NCBI GenBank assembly: GCA_963665815.1
Contig: OY762463.1
Location: 3,552,001 to 3,616,000, forward strand
From: Candidatus Cloacimonadales bacterium
GTDB taxonomy: Bacteria; Cloacimonadota; Cloacimonadia; Cloacimonadales; JAIOQZ01
DNA length: 64,000 bases
Direction: 5' to 3'
The translations under genes and the position numbers were made by a program. Shown here piece by piece: positions 61,884 through 64,000 of the stretch (position 1 is the stretch's first letter; each line of letters opens with the position of its first letter). The notes beneath the pieces are model-generated. The model was not told where the DNA came from. It ran no database searches and saw nothing but the letters and a program-made list of their open reading frames with translations.

Positions 61884-64000
61884 TTAGAAATCTTCAAAAC
61901 TGTCATCATCTAAAGGTAGTATCTTGTCCGGTGAAAGTTCGTACATATTATCCGGTTTTTTGAACTGCTGCTTTGGTTTACTGAGCATTCTACGTTCAGT
62001 TTGGAGATTCCCTGATTTCTTACGACCTGAGTTCTGGTTAAGATTGAACTCCATCACCATACCTTTCAGTTCATTTGATTGGCTATTAAGTTCTTCAGCT
62101 GCACTTGCCGATTCTTCTGCATTAGCAGCATTTCTTTGGGTCATTTTATTCAATTCGGTAATCGCTGTATTAACCTGTGAAATTCCATCAGACTGTTCAT
62201 CAGATGCAGCAGAAATTTCTTTTACAATACTGTTAACTTTTTCAAAACTTTTCTTTATATCATCGAAAGAAGAAGTAACTTCACTGACTATCTTACCACC
62301 TTCTTCAGAATTTCTCAATGATTCTTCAATAAGCTCATTCGTGTTTCTGGCAGCCTCAGCAGACCTTAATGCCAAGTTTTTTACTTCCTCAGCGACAACA
62401 GCAAAGCCTTTTCCTGCCTCACCGGCATGAGCAGCTTCAACTGCAGCGTTCAATGCAAGAAGGTTTGTCTGGAATGCAATCTCATCGATTGTTTTAATGA
62501 TTTTGCCTGTTTCTTCGGCTGATTTGTTTATTGCTTCCATAGCAATATTCATTTTTTCCATTGCATCATTACCCTTACCGACATTTCCAATTGCCAGTTC
62601 GGAAAGATTTGCTCCCTGTTTTGCATTATCAGCATTATTCAATGTAAGTGAATTCATTTGCTCCAGGCTGCTGGCAACTTCTTCCAGAGATGAAGCTTGT
62701 TCCGAAGTACCTTCAGCGAGAGATTGAGATCCAGAGGCAATCTCATTTGCAGCTGATGAAATCTGATCAACTGCCAGATCAACCTGAGAAAGAGCATTTT
62801 CTAACTGATCACCGGCATTGTTGATATTCTGCTTGAAGTCATTCATCTGACCTTTGTAGTTATTCTTAACTCTTACAGTCATATTCTTTCTGGCAAATTG
62901 TTCCATTACATGCATTGCTTCTTTAATAGGATTAACGACTGCATTAATCAAATCATTAATTCCCTGAACAATTTCCTTCCAGTCATTATTAAATTTACCG
63001 GTATCACCTCTATTATCAAGTTCACCATTTTTTACAGATTCAATCAATGTCTTTAACTCATTGGATATTGCAATCAAATTATTTCGGAGACCATCTAAAT
63101 AGTCGTTTGCCATTTTTTGCTTTCCGGGTAATCTTTCCAATACAGGTTCAAAGTCCCCATCTGAATAACTTTCAACAACTTTGAGCATCTTGAGAATTGC
63201 ATCAATCATCAGCTTGACACTTTTATTAACCCCGTCAGCCATTTCTTTATAAACACCTTTGAATTTATTAAGGTCAATGAAGTACTCAATATCTCCAGCA
63301 CTCTGTTCTTTGTAAAGCAGAGCCATATCTTCTATAAACATGTTGAGGTTATCAATAAGAGTATTTACATTGTTTTTGGTTTGATTAAAGTCTCCTTTAT
63401 ATTCGTCAGTGATTTTATCCGGGATTACACCATTAGCAATTTTATCAATATACTCAGCAGTTTGACTAATTGGGGCCACAAATGCATCTGTAAGCTGATT
63501 CAAGCCCATAACTACTGCACTGTAAGCTCCCTTATGTTTTTTCGCATCTACTCTTTCCGAGAGCTGTCCGTTCATTATATTTTTAACCATTTCATGAGCA
63601 TCTTGAATCAGATTGTTCAGAGAATCCCTGACCATAAGAAGATTGTTGTTAATTGCTGTATATTGCTCGTATTTTTCTTTTGTGTACTCATTAGGAGGAG
63701 TAAGATCAGTGTTGACACTAATATCACCTTGAGCAAGTTTCTTCAGATTATCTGCAAGTTTTTTTACACTTTCGGTGTCATATAATCTTTGTTGAGCCCC
63801 TGCGGTAATATCTTGAACAACTTCAATATGACCGACATTATTGCCATTGGCATCTTTAACATAGGACGTATCTACTTGGAAGTTCATACCCATCTGTGCA
63901 AAAGTTGTTTGAGGAATACCTTTTCTTAGACCAGTAATTCCGCAGTTTTCTGTTTTGCAAATTCCTGCTCCCCAGTTACTACAGTGCTGACCTATTATAT
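61884..64000 (-). CDS. Methyl-accepting chemotaxis protein (PAS, poly-HAMP, C-terminal pentapeptide), 5' partial
   Basis: Frame stays open to the window end ([21 protein letters not shown]...). MCP tip motif present; ends in SFEDF. Confidence 0.9.
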   Translation of the reverse strand, partial: IIGQHCSNWGAGICKTENCGITGLRKGIPQTTFAQMGMNFQVDTSYVKDANGNNVGHIEVVQDITAGAQQRLYDTESVKKLADNLKKLAQGDISVNTDLTPPNEYTKEKYEQYTAINNNLLMVRDSLNNLIQDAHEMVKNIMNGQLSERVDAKKHKGAYSAVVMGLNQLTDAFVAPISQTAEYIDKIANGVIPDKITDEYKGDFNQTKNNVNTLIDNLNMFIEDMALLYKEQSAGDIEYFIDLNKFKGVYKEMADGVNKSVKLMIDAILKMLKVVESYSDGDFEPVLERLPGKQKMANDYLDGLRNNLIAISNELKTLIESVKNGELDNRGDTGKFNNDWKEIVQGINDLINAVVNPIKEAMHVMEQFARKNMTVRVKNNYKGQMNDFKQNINNAGDQLENALSQVDLAVDQISSAANEIASGSQSLAEGTSEQASSLEEVASSLEQMNSLTLNNADNAKQGANLSELAIGNVGKGNDAMEKMNIAMEAINKSAEETGKIIKTIDEIAFQTNLLALNAAVEAAHAGEAGKGFAVVAEEVKNLALRSAEAARNTNELIEESLRNSEEGGKIVSEVTSSFDDIKKSFEKVNSIVKEISAASDEQSDGISQVNTAITELNKMTQRNAANAEESASAAEELNSQSNELKGMVMEFNLNQNSGRKKSGNLQTERRMLSKPKQQFKKPDNMYELSPDKILPLDDDSFEDF

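Noticed and set aside
1..64000. CRISPR arrays, tRNA/rRNA genes, IS elements, prophage genes
   Set aside because: No regularly spaced direct repeats, cloverleafs, rRNA-like tracts, transposases or phage genes were recognised by eye.

Overview
AT-rich bacterial chromosomal window from a diderm organism (waaA, secretin, T9SS-type C-terminal sorting domains). The gene styles suggest the FCB superphylum, probably Cloacimonadota or a relative (inference, not checked). Left to right it contains: a small metabolic cluster; a Cache/poly-HAMP chemoreceptor; a structured 9.0-9.4 kb intergenic region (candidate sRNA); a TPP riboswitch with a non-consensus pyrophosphate-binding side ahead of thiE-thiC; two sensor kinase genes; a ~16.5 kb sigma54-controlled type IV pilus locus whose four pilin-like proteins all lack a class III leader peptide and Glu5, with no prepilin peptidase in the window; two large paralogous surface proteins that point outward and share ~2.6 kb of inverted homology, flanking a ~17 kb block (ileS, waaA, rpsT, ftsY, addBA), with the left copy's sorting signal frameshifted in an A7 tract; then rluD, a Ktr/Trk K+ uptake operon, adk and a second, partial chemoreceptor. 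No rRNA, tRNA, CRISPR array or transposase was recognised. The best candidates for new biology are the leaderless-pilin pilus system and a possible inversion or gene-conversion switch between the two surface-protein genes. All calls are by eye, without database searches.
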